The notes: generated by a model from the letters alone, not told the origin. Positions 53,633 through 63,169 are shown, numbered from the stretch's first letter. The stretch: DNA of 64,000 bases from Elusimicrobia bacterium CG_4_9_14_3_um_filter_62_55 (GCA_002790095.1 PFUL01000054.1:9510-73509), one strand, 5' to 3'. Numbers and translations are program-made.

Positions 53633-55612
53633 ATGCCTAATTCCAAAAGCACCGGCCGGTCGATTCTTCTTGCGATCGCGTTTCTTCCGCTTGTCCGAGG
53701 GAACGGAGGCGCGGGCGTGACCGTCGTCCACGCCTGGCCGCTGGAATTGAAGGAAGCCCGCATCGAAGGCTTGACCCGCCTTCCCTTCGAGAAGGGACTG
53801 CTGCAAGGGACGGGCTCTATCGAATCGGCGGTCATCGAGGCGGAGTTTCCTTTCGACGACCTGGTCGGATCCTGGAACGCCGACACGCCGAGCGGTTCTT
53901 CCATCGAGATGGAAGCCCAGGTCCGCGTCGAGGGACAGTGGTCCAAATGGTACCGCCTGTCCCGTTGGGAGCCGAAAGCCCCCCGAAGTTTCGAAAAACA
54001 GGCCGACCCCTACGGAGAGGTGTCCGTTGACACGCTCCGCCTGAACAAGAAGGCTCAGGCGTTCCGGTACCGGGTGCGCATGCTCTCGGCGGGAACCCGC
54101 GAGGCGAAGCTGCTGCGCGTCGCCGTGACCTACGCGGAAACAAGTCAACGAGCCGTGAAAAGCGTTCCGTGGGTGGAAGGCCCCTGGGCGCGCGAGATAA
54201 AACTTTCCCCCCGGTCCCAGACCGTCGAGGATCCGGAGATCCGCGGAGACATCTGCTCGCCGACATCGCTCGCGATGATTCTGGAGAACTGGGGCGTCAA
54301 ACGCACCACGGCGAAAATCGCGGAAATCGTTTTGGACCGCAACGCGGAAATCTACGGGAATTGGCCGCTCAACGTCGCCGCGGCCGCGTCGCTGGGCCTC
54401 AGCGGACAGGTCGCCCGGTTGGAATCCCTTCTCGATCTGCAGGAAGAAATCGCCGCCGGCCGCCCGGTCGTCGCCTCGGTCACCTACAAAAAGGGCGATC
54501 TCGATAATTCCCCTATCGAAAAGACGAACGGGCATCTGCTCGTCGTCGCCGGCTTCACCAAGCAAGGCGACGTGATCTGCTACGACCCAGCCGCGAAACC
54601 GGGAGGCGTGCGCCGCGTCTATAAGCGCGCTCAATTCGAAAAGGTTTGGCTTAAGAACAAGCACGGACTCGTTTACATGCTCGGCCCCCGCTTTCCTTCG
54701 GTGGCGCTCGTGGGAGTCGCCACCGCGGACCTTCGCGCGCGTCCCCGCGCCACCGCGGGTCTGCAGCCGATGGACAAAGGGCGGGTTTCCCAACTCCTCT
54801 ACGGAGAGCACGTGAAGGTGCTTGAGGCGCGGGGAGACTGGGTCCGGGTGAAGGCGCTCGAACAGCCCCACCGTGACGGCAAGGAAGATTGGAGCGGTTA
54901 CCCCGGCTGGGTCCGCGCCGACGCGTTGGCCGCTCCGCCGGTCCCGTATCGGCCGACCGCAGTCATCCGCCTCAAGCGCGCCGAACTCCGCTGGAAGGAC
55001 GCGCAGGGTCTCGAGGAAAGCCTGACGCTCCCGATGGGCGCCGCTCTCCGAGCGGAGCCCTCCTCAGGCGGCCGCACGAAGGTCCGCCTGCTGGAAGGAC
55101 GAACTGCGGAAATTGACTCGGCGGCGCTGTGGCGGCTGGAAGTCTCGAGCCCTACGAAGATCGACCGCCGCGACGTCGTCGAAGCGGCAGCCACCTTTCT
55201 CGGCGATTCCTACGTCTGGGGCGGACGCTCAAGCCAGCAGTTGAAGCCGGGCTGGGGCGTCGATTGCTCCGGACTCGTTCATCTCGCCTACCGCTCGGTC
55301 GGGATGACGATTCCACGCGACGCTCACACGCAGTTCGAGAAGGCGAAACCCGTCAAGCGGGTCAACCTTCAGCCGGGCGATTTAATTTTCCTGACCGAAT
55401 CCGCGCGCTCGAAACAGGTCGACCATGTGATGCTCTACACCGGAGGCGACGGCATTTTGGAAAGCCGCGCCGGAGTCGCGAGGACGCTGCGAACGACGTT
55501 TACGGAACGCTTCGGCGCCGCGCTCGACTCGATCGAATCGGGGACGCTCGTGACCGACCTGACCCGACGCAAGCCCGTGCAGCGCCGCATCCATTTCGGG
55601 AGCCTGCTGTGA
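53633..55612 (+). CDS. multidomain cell-wall hydrolase: peptidase C39-like + SH3b-like + C-terminal NlpC/P60
   Basis: Signal peptide. Cys in GDICSPTSLAMILENWG (C39-like). C-terminal NlpC/P60 triad context WGVDCSGLVHLAYRSVG...H (DHVMLYTG). Confidence 0.75.
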   Translation: MPNSKSTGRSILLAIAFLPLVRGNGGAGVTVVHAWPLELKEARIEGLTRLPFEKGLLQGTGSIESAVIEAEFPFDDLVGSWNADTPSGSSIEMEAQVRVEGQWSKWYRLSRWEPKAPRSFEKQADPYGEVSVDTLRLNKKAQAFRYRVRMLSAGTREAKLLRVAVTYAETSQRAVKSVPWVEGPWAREIKLSPRSQTVEDPEIRGDICSPTSLAMILENWGVKRTTAKIAEIVLDRNAEIYGNWPLNVAAAASLGLSGQVARLESLLDLQEEIAAGRPVVASVTYKKGDLDNSPIEKTNGHLLVVAGFTKQGDVICYDPAAKPGGVRRVYKRAQFEKVWLKNKHGLVYMLGPRFPSVALVGVATADLRARPRATAGLQPMDKGRVSQLLYGEHVKVLEARGDWVRVKALEQPHRDGKEDWSGYPGWVRADALAAPPVPYRPTAVIRLKRAELRWKDAQGLEESLTLPMGAALRAEPSSGGRTKVRLLEGRTAEIDSAALWRLEVSSPTKIDRRDVVEAAATFLGDSYVWGGRSSQQLKPGWGVDCSGLVHLAYRSVGMTIPRDAHTQFEKAKPVKRVNLQPGDLIFLTESARSKQVDHVMLYTGGDGILESRAGVARTLRTTFTERFGAALDSIESGTLVTDLTRRKPVQRRIHFGSLL

Positions 55613-56487
55613 GCGGAGAGGACCGGAAGCTCGCTTCGCTCTACGACGTGCTCGAGTTCCTCGACTCCCTGCGGGAATCCAACGAGATCAAGGTCTGGTC
55701 GCGCATGCTGGAAAAGACGGCCGCCGCCCTCGGCGCGGAAGCCGCGGTCTACTTCTACCACGACCCGATATCGCATCAACTCGTCTCGTTTCACGCGATC
55801 GGAGCAGGCTCCCAGGCCCCGGCGAGAGCCCCGGTCGAACCCGGGGAAGGGCTCGCCGGCTGGGTCTCCAAATTCCATGAGCCCGCTCTCGTGGCCGATG
55901 CGGCCGGCGACGGTCGCTTTAAGCTTTCCGTGGATTCCGCGCCCGGCGTCGGAACGCGCACCGTCCTCGCCGCCCCGCTCTTCGTCAATCTCGATTTCGT
56001 CGGGGTCTTCGAATTCATCAACAAGACCGAAGGAATGTTCACGAGCGAAGATTTGCGCTTCGTCAAAACGACGGTGCAGCAGACCTCGCACACGATCCGC
56101 CGCCTGCAGTTGGACTCGATGGTGAACCGGGTCACCACCTACAATTCGTCGATTCTGGACAACCTCAGCGGCGGATTTCTGGCCGTCGACCTCCAGGGCC
56201 GGATTATGATCTGCAACCCGGCCGCCCGGCAGATGCTCTCAATCGCCGGAGAAGCCACCGACCGGCCGGTCGAGCAGGTGCTGCATCGGATCCCCCAACT
56301 CGCGGGCGTGCTGCGCCGCACGCTTTCCACGAAGCAGACCGTGAAGCGCGAGGATATTCATTGGGAACTCGAAGGCCGTCCGCGCGTGCTCGGCTACAGC
56401 ACGCTGCTGATTAAGGACACGCACGGCCAACTCGCCGGCGCGGGCATCACGTTCCAAGACATCACGGCTCACCAAAAATCGGCCTGA
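55609..56487 (+). CDS. GAF + PAS sensor-domain protein without output domain
   Basis: GTG start in a GTGA overlap with the previous stop. GAF-like (GEGLAGWV...) and PAS-like (ILDNLSGGFLAVDLQGRIMICNPAARQML). An alternative later Met start is possible. Confidence 0.6.
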   Translation: MSGEDRKLASLYDVLEFLDSLRESNEIKVWSRMLEKTAAALGAEAAVYFYHDPISHQLVSFHAIGAGSQAPARAPVEPGEGLAGWVSKFHEPALVADAAGDGRFKLSVDSAPGVGTRTVLAAPLFVNLDFVGVFEFINKTEGMFTSEDLRFVKTTVQQTSHTIRRLQLDSMVNRVTTYNSSILDNLSGGFLAVDLQGRIMICNPAARQMLSIAGEATDRPVEQVLHRIPQLAGVLRRTLSTKQTVKREDIHWELEGRPRVLGYSTLLIKDTHGQLAGAGITFQDITAHQKSA

Positions 56488-56509
56488 GTCCTTTGCTATC
56501 ATAGGCCCT

Positions 56510-57733
56510 ATGGACCGCCGGGCCCTGCTCAACGCGTCGCTGGTCTGCGCCCGTTCGCTGCGCGCGAACTTGAAATCCGTCGAAAGCCCCGACGGGAGAC
56601 CCCGGTCTCTGCTCGTCGCCGGAGGCGGGCAATTCCACTCGGTCTGGACGCGCGATTTCTGCTTCGCCGCCGGAGGGCTGCTCGCCGCAGGGGAAACGCA
56701 GGCGGTCCGCGACACGCTCGACGCGCTGCTGGCGCATCAACGGGCGGACGGACTGATCCCGCGCCTGCTCGATTCGTATTCCCCTCTGACCCGTTTCGCC
56801 CGCGCGATGCTGGGATCGCGCATTCCCCTGAAGGCGCCGCTGAAGCCGAATTTCATCTCGGACCATTTCGTCTCTTCGATCGATTCCAACGCGCTGCTGG
56901 TTTGGGCTACCTGTCGATACGCGATCGCCGCCGACCAACCGGCTTGGGCGGGACTCGTTCTGCCCAAACTGGAAAAGGCGATGGCATACTACACCGACCG
57001 TCTCAAAAACGGCTTGGTTCGCCAACCTCCCTTTTCCGACTGGAAGGACACGGTCTCCGCGCGGCGCGGCGCCGTGTTTTTTACCCAGCTCCATCGCTGG
57101 AAGGCGCTGCAGGCCCTTTCGCGTCTGCACCGCCATCTCGGCCGCGTGTCCGAGGCTGCCCGCCGGGAAAGCGAGGCCCGCGCCTTCGCCCGCCTCGTCG
57201 ATCGCGCCTTTTGGGACGAGACGCGCGGATTCTACCGCGACACGCTTGTACGCAACCGCCTGTCCTGCGATTCAAATCTCGCCGCGGTCGCCTGGGGTTT
57301 CGCCTCCGAGGAACGCTCCGCGCGCGTCGTCCGAGCCATCGACCGCGCGGGACTGTGGAGCCCCTGGGGCCCTCGGGCCGGAGAACGCTACCGCGCCTCT
57401 GAGAAGGGCTGGCTGGTACGGCTCGCCGGCGTCGCCGGATATCAGGATGATTTCGTGTGGCTTTGGATCGCCGCGCTGGGCCTGCAGGCGCTGCGCCGCA
57501 CCGGCCGCAAAGCCCTTTTAGAGCGTACGCTGCGGCGGGTCGCGGCGCTTCTCGAGCGGGACGGCGCCGTCTCCGAGGTCTACGATCCGGAAACGGGCGC
57601 CGAGATTAAGACCCGTCTCTATCGTTCGGAAAAGCCGTTCAGCTGGAGCGCGGGCATGCTGCTAGAGACCCTGCGCGAACTTCTTGACAATCCGGCGCTG
57701 GCCGAGGAGGCCTCATGCGATACGCGTTCCTGA
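56510..57733 (+). CDS. six-hairpin (alpha/alpha)6 glycoside hydrolase-like protein (GH63/GH100/amylo-alpha-1,6-glucosidase family)
   Basis: HSVWTRDF motif and overall length and helical repeats typical of (alpha/alpha)6 barrel glycosidases. Confidence 0.55.
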   Translation: MDRRALLNASLVCARSLRANLKSVESPDGRPRSLLVAGGGQFHSVWTRDFCFAAGGLLAAGETQAVRDTLDALLAHQRADGLIPRLLDSYSPLTRFARAMLGSRIPLKAPLKPNFISDHFVSSIDSNALLVWATCRYAIAADQPAWAGLVLPKLEKAMAYYTDRLKNGLVRQPPFSDWKDTVSARRGAVFFTQLHRWKALQALSRLHRHLGRVSEAARRESEARAFARLVDRAFWDETRGFYRDTLVRNRLSCDSNLAAVAWGFASEERSARVVRAIDRAGLWSPWGPRAGERYRASEKGWLVRLAGVAGYQDDFVWLWIAALGLQALRRTGRKALLERTLRRVAALLERDGAVSEVYDPETGAEIKTRLYRSEKPFSWSAGMLLETLRELLDNPALAEEASCDTRS

Positions 57734-58734
57734 TCCTGCTTGCCGCGCCGCTGTTCGCGGAAACGAGCCACATATCCGCGGGCTTCGACGGCGCCGCAAA
57801 GACCCTTCCCCTCGAGTTCTTCAAGCCGAATCCTGCGCTGCCGACGATCGAGGGACGCGAAGTCGAGGTCCCGGAGGATTTGAAGAAAGCCAAGGCCGTC
57901 TGGGGCACCGGGGCTCAGTCGGAGAAACTCGACCGGCTTCAGCCGGCGCCCAAGACCGCGTTTCGATTCGCCGTGCTCGGAGACATCGAAAACGGACGAT
58001 TCCCTTGGCAGCGCATCTTCGCGCCCAAAGGCGCCGCCGCCAAGCAACTCGCCGCGATTCACGCGGCGTCGGCCGATTTCATTCTCCAACTCGGCGATTT
58101 CGTCAGTAAGGGCAACGCCGACAACTACCGCGCCTATGTGAGGTTCCTGAAGGCGCATGTCTCGATCCCGATGTTCCACGTGATCGGCAACCACGACCGT
58201 TCCCGCCCCAACGGAAACGCGGATAAGAGCCTATACAGCGCCGTGTTCGGTGACGGCGACTACATTCGCGACTACAACGGCTGGCGCATCGTCGCGCTCG
58301 ACTCGTCGAACTACGCGCTCACCGACTCCCAACTCGAATGGCTCGACGCCGCGCTCTCCACCGACAAGAAGACGATCGTCGCGACCCACATCGTGCCGAA
58401 CTACTTAAAAGGGAAGCTTCACTCGGTCGGTCCGGATAAAGGGGTTCTGATCCCCGAGGCCTACTTCGAGCCCGGCGCGGCCCGTTTCGGAGAAATCCTC
58501 GCGCGGCGAAAGGTCGCCCGCGTTTATCTCGGCCACATCCACGCCTTCGGAATCGGAGACGTCAACGGCGTGAAGTACGTGCTGACCGCCGGAGGCGGAT
58601 CGCCGCTGTACCCGCTCCCGCCGGGCTATCCGTCGCGGCGCAAGGCGCATTACCTCATCGTCGAGGCGACCGGAGCGGGGTTGTCCGAAACCGTCCACGA
58701 GCTCGACGGGACCTCCTTTCCGATCCCGTGGTAG
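57715..58734 (+). CDS. secreted calcineurin-like metallophosphoesterase
   Basis: Signal peptide. AVLGDIENG, GDFVSKGN, GNHD, ATHIVP and GHIHAF metallophosphatase motifs. 19-nt overlap with the previous gene. Confidence 0.75.
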   Translation: MRYAFLILLAAPLFAETSHISAGFDGAAKTLPLEFFKPNPALPTIEGREVEVPEDLKKAKAVWGTGAQSEKLDRLQPAPKTAFRFAVLGDIENGRFPWQRIFAPKGAAAKQLAAIHAASADFILQLGDFVSKGNADNYRAYVRFLKAHVSIPMFHVIGNHDRSRPNGNADKSLYSAVFGDGDYIRDYNGWRIVALDSSNYALTDSQLEWLDAALSTDKKTIVATHIVPNYLKGKLHSVGPDKGVLIPEAYFEPGAARFGEILARRKVARVYLGHIHAFGIGDVNGVKYVLTAGGGSPLYPLPPGYPSRRKAHYLIVEATGAGLSETVHELDGTSFPIPW

Positions 58735-59762
58735 CCTGGGGCGCTTTCGCGCTCGTCGCCCTGCTGGCGGGTTCGGGCTGCGCTCAGGAACCCCGGACCT
58801 GGGCGGAGTATACCGAATCACTTCCCCCGCTGCAGACGATCCCGCACGAATCGTCGCACACGCTCCGGGTCCTCTACCTCGAAGACCCCCGCCTGCCGAA
58901 ACTCGACGAGAAGCAGAGAGAGACGCTGTACCGGAAGATCGAAATCCTGCTCGCGCAGTGGTATTCCTTCAAAGTCGATCTCGTGGAGGTCGGAGCGGGA
59001 GACCTAAGGGAACGATTCGAGAAGGCGGCTCCTGTTTTCGAAACCCCTTTGGCGAAGGATTTCATAAGCCGCAACGCCATCGACCTCGGGGGGTTCGGCT
59101 CGAAAGACTCGATCCTGAGCACGATCCGAGAGGACCTCGCGCGCCGCGACGAAAAACTGATCCGCCGCTACGTCAAATTGAAGCCCGGAGCGACGAAGGA
59201 CGACGCGGCCGCCGCGGTGTTCGCTGTGTTTGAAGACCGCCTGACCCGCCTGCGCGAGACGCCCGTCGGGGAGGAAGGCAAGGACATCCTGCACTCGGCA
59301 CGCTACGCGGACACGCAATCCTTCTCACATTGGGAGGTTTTTCTCGGGCGATTGGCGGACGCGGATTTCGTGCTGAGCAACTCTGTGATCGCCGGGCCCG
59401 ACTCGGCGATGCCGCTTTACGTCGCCGTGCGCGGCGGCATCACCAACGGCTTCGTGACCAATTCGAAGGAAAACGACTACCGCGCGGTCGGCGTCGTCGG
59501 GGCGCTTCCGTTTCTCTCCGACGCGCCGTTCTTCCTGGAGGAACGCGGCAAGATCCCCCAGCGCGAGAAACTCGACACCCTCGCCACCTTCTGGATGCAC
59601 GAATTGGGCCATTTCTTCCTGCGCATGAAGGAACATTACGGCGAGGGAGGCTGCGTGCACGTCGCCCCGGAAGGCCTGCGCGTCTACGAATGGCACCGCG
59701 CGGTCCGCAAGGCGCAAAACACCTGCCGGTTTCTTCCGGAAGAACGCCTCACTCTGTACTAA
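58728..59762 (+). CDS. lipoprotein with HExxH zinc-metallopeptidase motif
   Basis: Lipobox LLAGSGC. C-terminal WMHELGHFFL (HExxH). 7-nt overlap with the previous gene. Confidence 0.6.
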   Translation: MVAWGAFALVALLAGSGCAQEPRTWAEYTESLPPLQTIPHESSHTLRVLYLEDPRLPKLDEKQRETLYRKIEILLAQWYSFKVDLVEVGAGDLRERFEKAAPVFETPLAKDFISRNAIDLGGFGSKDSILSTIREDLARRDEKLIRRYVKLKPGATKDDAAAAVFAVFEDRLTRLRETPVGEEGKDILHSARYADTQSFSHWEVFLGRLADADFVLSNSVIAGPDSAMPLYVAVRGGITNGFVTNSKENDYRAVGVVGALPFLSDAPFFLEERGKIPQREKLDTLATFWMHELGHFFLRMKEHYGEGGCVHVAPEGLRVYEWHRAVRKAQNTCRFLPEERLTLY

Positions 59763-60000
59763 TACCGGAAGCAGGAGCGAAGATGGTCGTCGACCATCCC
59801 GACCGCCTGCATGTGCGCATAGACGATCGTGCTGCCGACGAAATTGAAACCCTGGACTGCGCCCCTTCCAGGATCAGGAACTCGAAATGCCTTAGGTCGT
59901 CGTGAACGGGAACGCCCCACTCCCTGTCGTGGTACTCCCGGTAGAGATCACCGCCGGTCTCGGACCAGTCGCAGCGTCTTTTACCGTTATAAGCCGTCAT
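59759..60000 (-). pseudogene. tag: DNA-3-methyladenine glycosylase I (tag) remnant with internal deletion/frameshift
   Basis: N-terminal 50 aa (RCDWSETGGDLYREYHDREWGVPVHDDLRHFEFLILEGAQ) match Tag. The frame then breaks. The Tag C-terminus (GFNFVGSTIVYAHMQAVGMVDDHLRSCFRY, cf. GFKFVGTTICYSFMQACGLVNDHVVGCCCY) resumes in another frame and ends at the TAG at 59759-59761. About 100 central residues are missing. Confidence 0.65.
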
Positions 60001-60376
60001 CGAGAACCGCCGGTTCGTTGGGAACGAGGGTCGCGGCATAATGCCCTTCGAGCATCCGACGCGCGCGCCACTCCCCGAGATGCCGTCGGGGCTTAGGGAC
60101 GAGCATCAGATCGCATTCCAGCCCCTCGAAGGCGCGCTTCCAGGTCGATAGGCGGGCATCCTTTTTTCCGGACTCCAGCTCATGCCAATGCTGCTGTCTT
60201 ATCCCCGCCCGGTGCGCCGCTTCCGCCTGGCTCATCCCTATTTTCACCCGGGCCGCCCATAGAAGCTCGCCCGGCGCCGCCGACTTCCAAGTGGGCGGTG
60301 CGGAGCGCGCGAACACCACGAGTCGGTTGAGCACGCGCTTCACACGCAGCGGCAGATTGACCAATTTTCCCATCAC
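59987..60376 (-). CDS. XRE-family HTH transcriptional regulator
   Basis: HTH: MSQAEAAHRAGIRQQHWHELESGKK. 129 aa. Divergent operator-like palindrome upstream. Confidence 0.6.
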   Translation of the reverse strand: MMGKLVNLPLRVKRVLNRLVVFARSAPPTWKSAAPGELLWAARVKIGMSQAEAAHRAGIRQQHWHELESGKKDARLSTWKRAFEGLECDLMLVPKPRRHLGEWRARRMLEGHYAATLVPNEPAVLDDGL

Positions 60377-60465
60377 GAACTCCGAATGCTTCTTTCGCCG
60401 TCTTCCCGCCGGGACGACGGCTCGGCGGGGAGGGGCAACATAAAGGTTTTCTGTCCCCTTGTAAT

Positions 60466-60487
60466 GTTACACATTTTCGTGTGTAAC
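60466..60487. promoter_or_regulatory. inverted repeat GTTACACA-N6-TGTGTAAC (candidate operator)
   Basis: 8-bp perfect arms, 6-nt spacer, in the AT-rich intergenic between the XRE gene and the low-GC membrane-protein gene. Confidence 0.4.
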
Positions 60488-60577
60488 TCTCCAAAGGACC
60501 TGCATTGCGACCTAGCCAGGCACCCTCCTTAGGATGCAACTTCTAATTCTTGCGGCCGATGCAATGCATAAAGTCGT

Positions 60578-60982
60578 TCATTCAGTTCTTCCCACTTGCT
60601 CAATGATTTGATCATGCTTCCGCATCAGAAGAAATGCAACGAGGGCGCTAGAAATCAACGACAGGGGGGCCATTCGGAGGCATCGACCTGCGAAGGATAA
60701 TGTATCCAAATTGAAAATCCGCGGGAACACAATTGATTCCGGGAGTAGTGGGAAAAGGGCAGCCGTATTCAAAATTTGGCCAGAGACATCATCACCGGCT
60801 ACGATGAGCGCGGTAAGCACAGCCAATTTCATTCCCCCGATAATTCCGAAAATCTTCAGAAAAACTGATTTTGAGGAGCGATTCTGAAACACACGGGCAA
60901 CCAAGAAAAGCGCTCCCACTGGAGCGCTAGCGAAAATCGTCCCTACGGAAAGCGTCAACCCCGCCGTGGCACTGCTACCCAT
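60578..60982 (-). CDS. ORFan polytopic membrane protein in low-GC islet
   Basis: 134 aa, about 4 predicted TM helices. Region 60440-61030 is about 48% GC by eye versus about 67% background. No recognisable family. Confidence 0.5.
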   Translation of the reverse strand: MGSSATAGLTLSVGTIFASAPVGALFLVARVFQNRSSKSVFLKIFGIIGGMKLAVLTALIVAGDDVSGQILNTAALFPLLPESIVFPRIFNLDTLSFAGRCLRMAPLSLISSALVAFLLMRKHDQIIEQVGRTE

Positions 60983-61059
60983 GCACTTGCCTCTGCCCGA
61001 TGTTTACGTTCCCAAATTCCTGAAAAGTATAGGCGGCAATTGCGCGGCATTCCAGAAGG

Positions 61060-62193
61060 TTACGCGCCCGCCTTGAAGACATTCCGCTTCGGCGCTTCCC
61101 GGTGCCGCACGGCGCCCAGCAGAGGGCCCACCGCCCAATTCGCGAGCGGGTTCGAATGGCGCACCCAAATCGACGTCGGCTCCGGCAAAGCCCCCAATTT
61201 TGCTTTCGGTTCCAGCGCCGTCCGCCCGAACGAAACCCGGGTACACCCCAACGCGATCGCGTCTTTGACCACGGACTGCAGCAGGGCGAAGTACACCGGC
61301 AATTCGCCGCGCAGGTCGCGCGAAAACCCGATGTAGTATCCGATAGCGGTCTTGGAGTCTTCCTTGAGCGTCGTCACGAAGCCCAGTATCTCTTCCCCTC
61401 GCCGCACGACGGTACAGCGCATGTCCGCGCCGGCGACGGCCGCGACCCGCGGCAAATAGTCCGGCGTCGCGGTCACGGGGCGCAATCCGGCGGCGCGGTG
61501 AACCTCCAGGTAAAGATCGTACAAGCGCTCGGCGTTTCGGCCCCAGGCGCCGAGCGGCTCGACCGAACAGCCGGCTTTCTCCAGACGACCGACCACGCCG
61601 CGCGCGTTCTTGCGGTAATGGGAATGCAGCTCTCCGAGGTAGTCGTCGAAGGATTTCCAGGACGGCTCCAGGGTCAGAACCATGTTCGGCTCGGTTTCAA
61701 CCGGACGGTAGCGGAAGCGTTTAAGCGCGGCGGGACCGGCGTCGGACGCGGGGAGATCCTTGATGGCGACGAAGTCGACCTTTCCCGAAAGCGTGTCGGC
61801 CTTGCGGACCCGGTACAGCACCTCGGCAACGGCGGGCCAAACGGCCGCGGGGTCGACCCCATCGGAGAACGCAACGCCGTGCTGCCCCCACGAGAACAGA
61901 TTGCCGCAGACCAACGCGCGGGCCCGCAGCCGAGCGGGGGCGACGGGGCTTTGGACGATTCGGTCCATCCCAATGTCGACGAGTTGCATCGAGACAGCGG
62001 CGACGGGTCGCCGCCCGTCGTAGACCAGCGCGCAGCGAGCGGTCAGATTGTCGGGCGCGCTTTGTTCCAGCGCGGAAAGATACGGCCTGCTCAGGAAGAA
62101 GCTCTTGCCTGCGGTCAACGCGTCCCAGGAGGCCGGTTCGAGGCAGCCGATCGAGTCGGAGATGGCGAATGAATATCGAGTTTTCCGGGTCAT
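61060..62193 (-). CDS. FemAB/BioF2-like GNAT-fold acyltransferase (Acetyltransf_6-like)
   Basis: 377 aa with duplicated GNAT-like halves. C-terminal ...AIGYYIGFSRDLRGELPVYFALLQSVVKDAIALGCTRVSFG typical of the FemAB-like family. Confidence 0.6.
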   Translation of the reverse strand: MTRKTRYSFAISDSIGCLEPASWDALTAGKSFFLSRPYLSALEQSAPDNLTARCALVYDGRRPVAAVSMQLVDIGMDRIVQSPVAPARLRARALVCGNLFSWGQHGVAFSDGVDPAAVWPAVAEVLYRVRKADTLSGKVDFVAIKDLPASDAGPAALKRFRYRPVETEPNMVLTLEPSWKSFDDYLGELHSHYRKNARGVVGRLEKAGCSVEPLGAWGRNAERLYDLYLEVHRAAGLRPVTATPDYLPRVAAVAGADMRCTVVRRGEEILGFVTTLKEDSKTAIGYYIGFSRDLRGELPVYFALLQSVVKDAIALGCTRVSFGRTALEPKAKLGALPEPTSIWVRHSNPLANWAVGPLLGAVRHREAPKRNVFKAGA

Positions 62194-62212
62194 GCAAAAC
62201 CCGGAGCAATTA

Positions 62213-63169
62213 TTATGCCGCGAGCAACTCGCGCTCCCGCTCGGGGTCCATACCGTTGACGCGCAGCGTCTCGGGCGGGCGCGTCTTGTCCCACTCCCAG
62301 GTGTCCCGGATCGTCTCCTCCAGGGGGCGAAACGTCAGCCCGCGTTCCCGGGCGAGCCCCCCGGCGAAGCGGGTGTCGATGCCCGGGATCCACAACGGCA
62401 GTTCGGTGTAGGGCTCGACCTCGTGGCGCAGCAGGAACGCGTCGTCCTTCCAAACCAAATTGCCGTTTCCGCCGACGACGCCTTGCATCGTTTCCAGCAG
62501 TTTCCCCATCGCCAGCGGCTTGCCGACCGCGTTGTAGCAGCCCGCGTCCATCTCGCCCGCCATGCGCACGACCCATTCGGCGAGGTCGCGAACGTCGATG
62601 AACTGAGTCAGGCGCTGGGGCCCGCCCGGCGCGAGGATGTCGCCGCCGCGCGCCACGCGCGACGGCCAGTAGGTAAAGCGATCCGTCGTATCATAGGGAC
62701 CGACGATCAATCCCGGACGGACGATCGTGGAGCCGATCGGGTAAATCTCATCGACGACTTTCTCACACGCGACCTTCAGCGCGCCGTAAGCCCCGCCGGT
62801 CATCGGCTCCGGCGGTTCCTGCAGGGGCGAGAACACCTCGCCGTCCTCGTCTTCCCTTCCCCCCCAATTCTTGTACACCGACACCGTCGAGATGAAGAGA
62901 TAACTGCCGACCTTGTGCTTCAAGAATTCGGCGGAAGCGCGCACCTCCCCGGGCAGCCTGCCGTTGACGTCGATCGCCGCGTCGAAGACCCGATTTTTCA
63001 ACCGTCCGATCTGGGTCGTCCGGTCGCCGAGCACCCGCTCGCAGTCGGGGAATAAGTCGAGGCCGGTCTGCCCGCGGTGAAACAGCGTGACCTCATGCTT
63101 TCGCTTGAGCGCCGCCTCGACGATGTGCCGCCCGACGAACGCGGTCCCGCCGATCACGAGGAGGCGCAC
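62213..63169 (-). CDS. NAD(P)-binding epimerase/dehydratase-family (atypical SDR) protein
   Basis: Rossmann GGTAFVGRHIV at N-terminus. YxxxK-like context (YGALK). Confidence 0.8.
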   Translation of the reverse strand: MRLLVIGGTAFVGRHIVEAALKRKHEVTLFHRGQTGLDLFPDCERVLGDRTTQIGRLKNRVFDAAIDVNGRLPGEVRASAEFLKHKVGSYLFISTVSVYKNWGGREDEDGEVFSPLQEPPEPMTGGAYGALKVACEKVVDEIYPIGSTIVRPGLIVGPYDTTDRFTYWPSRVARGGDILAPGGPQRLTQFIDVRDLAEWVVRMAGEMDAGCYNAVGKPLAMGKLLETMQGVVGGNGNLVWKDDAFLLRHEVEPYTELPLWIPGIDTRFAGGLARERGLTFRPLEETIRDTWEWDKTRPPETLRVNGMDPERERELLAA

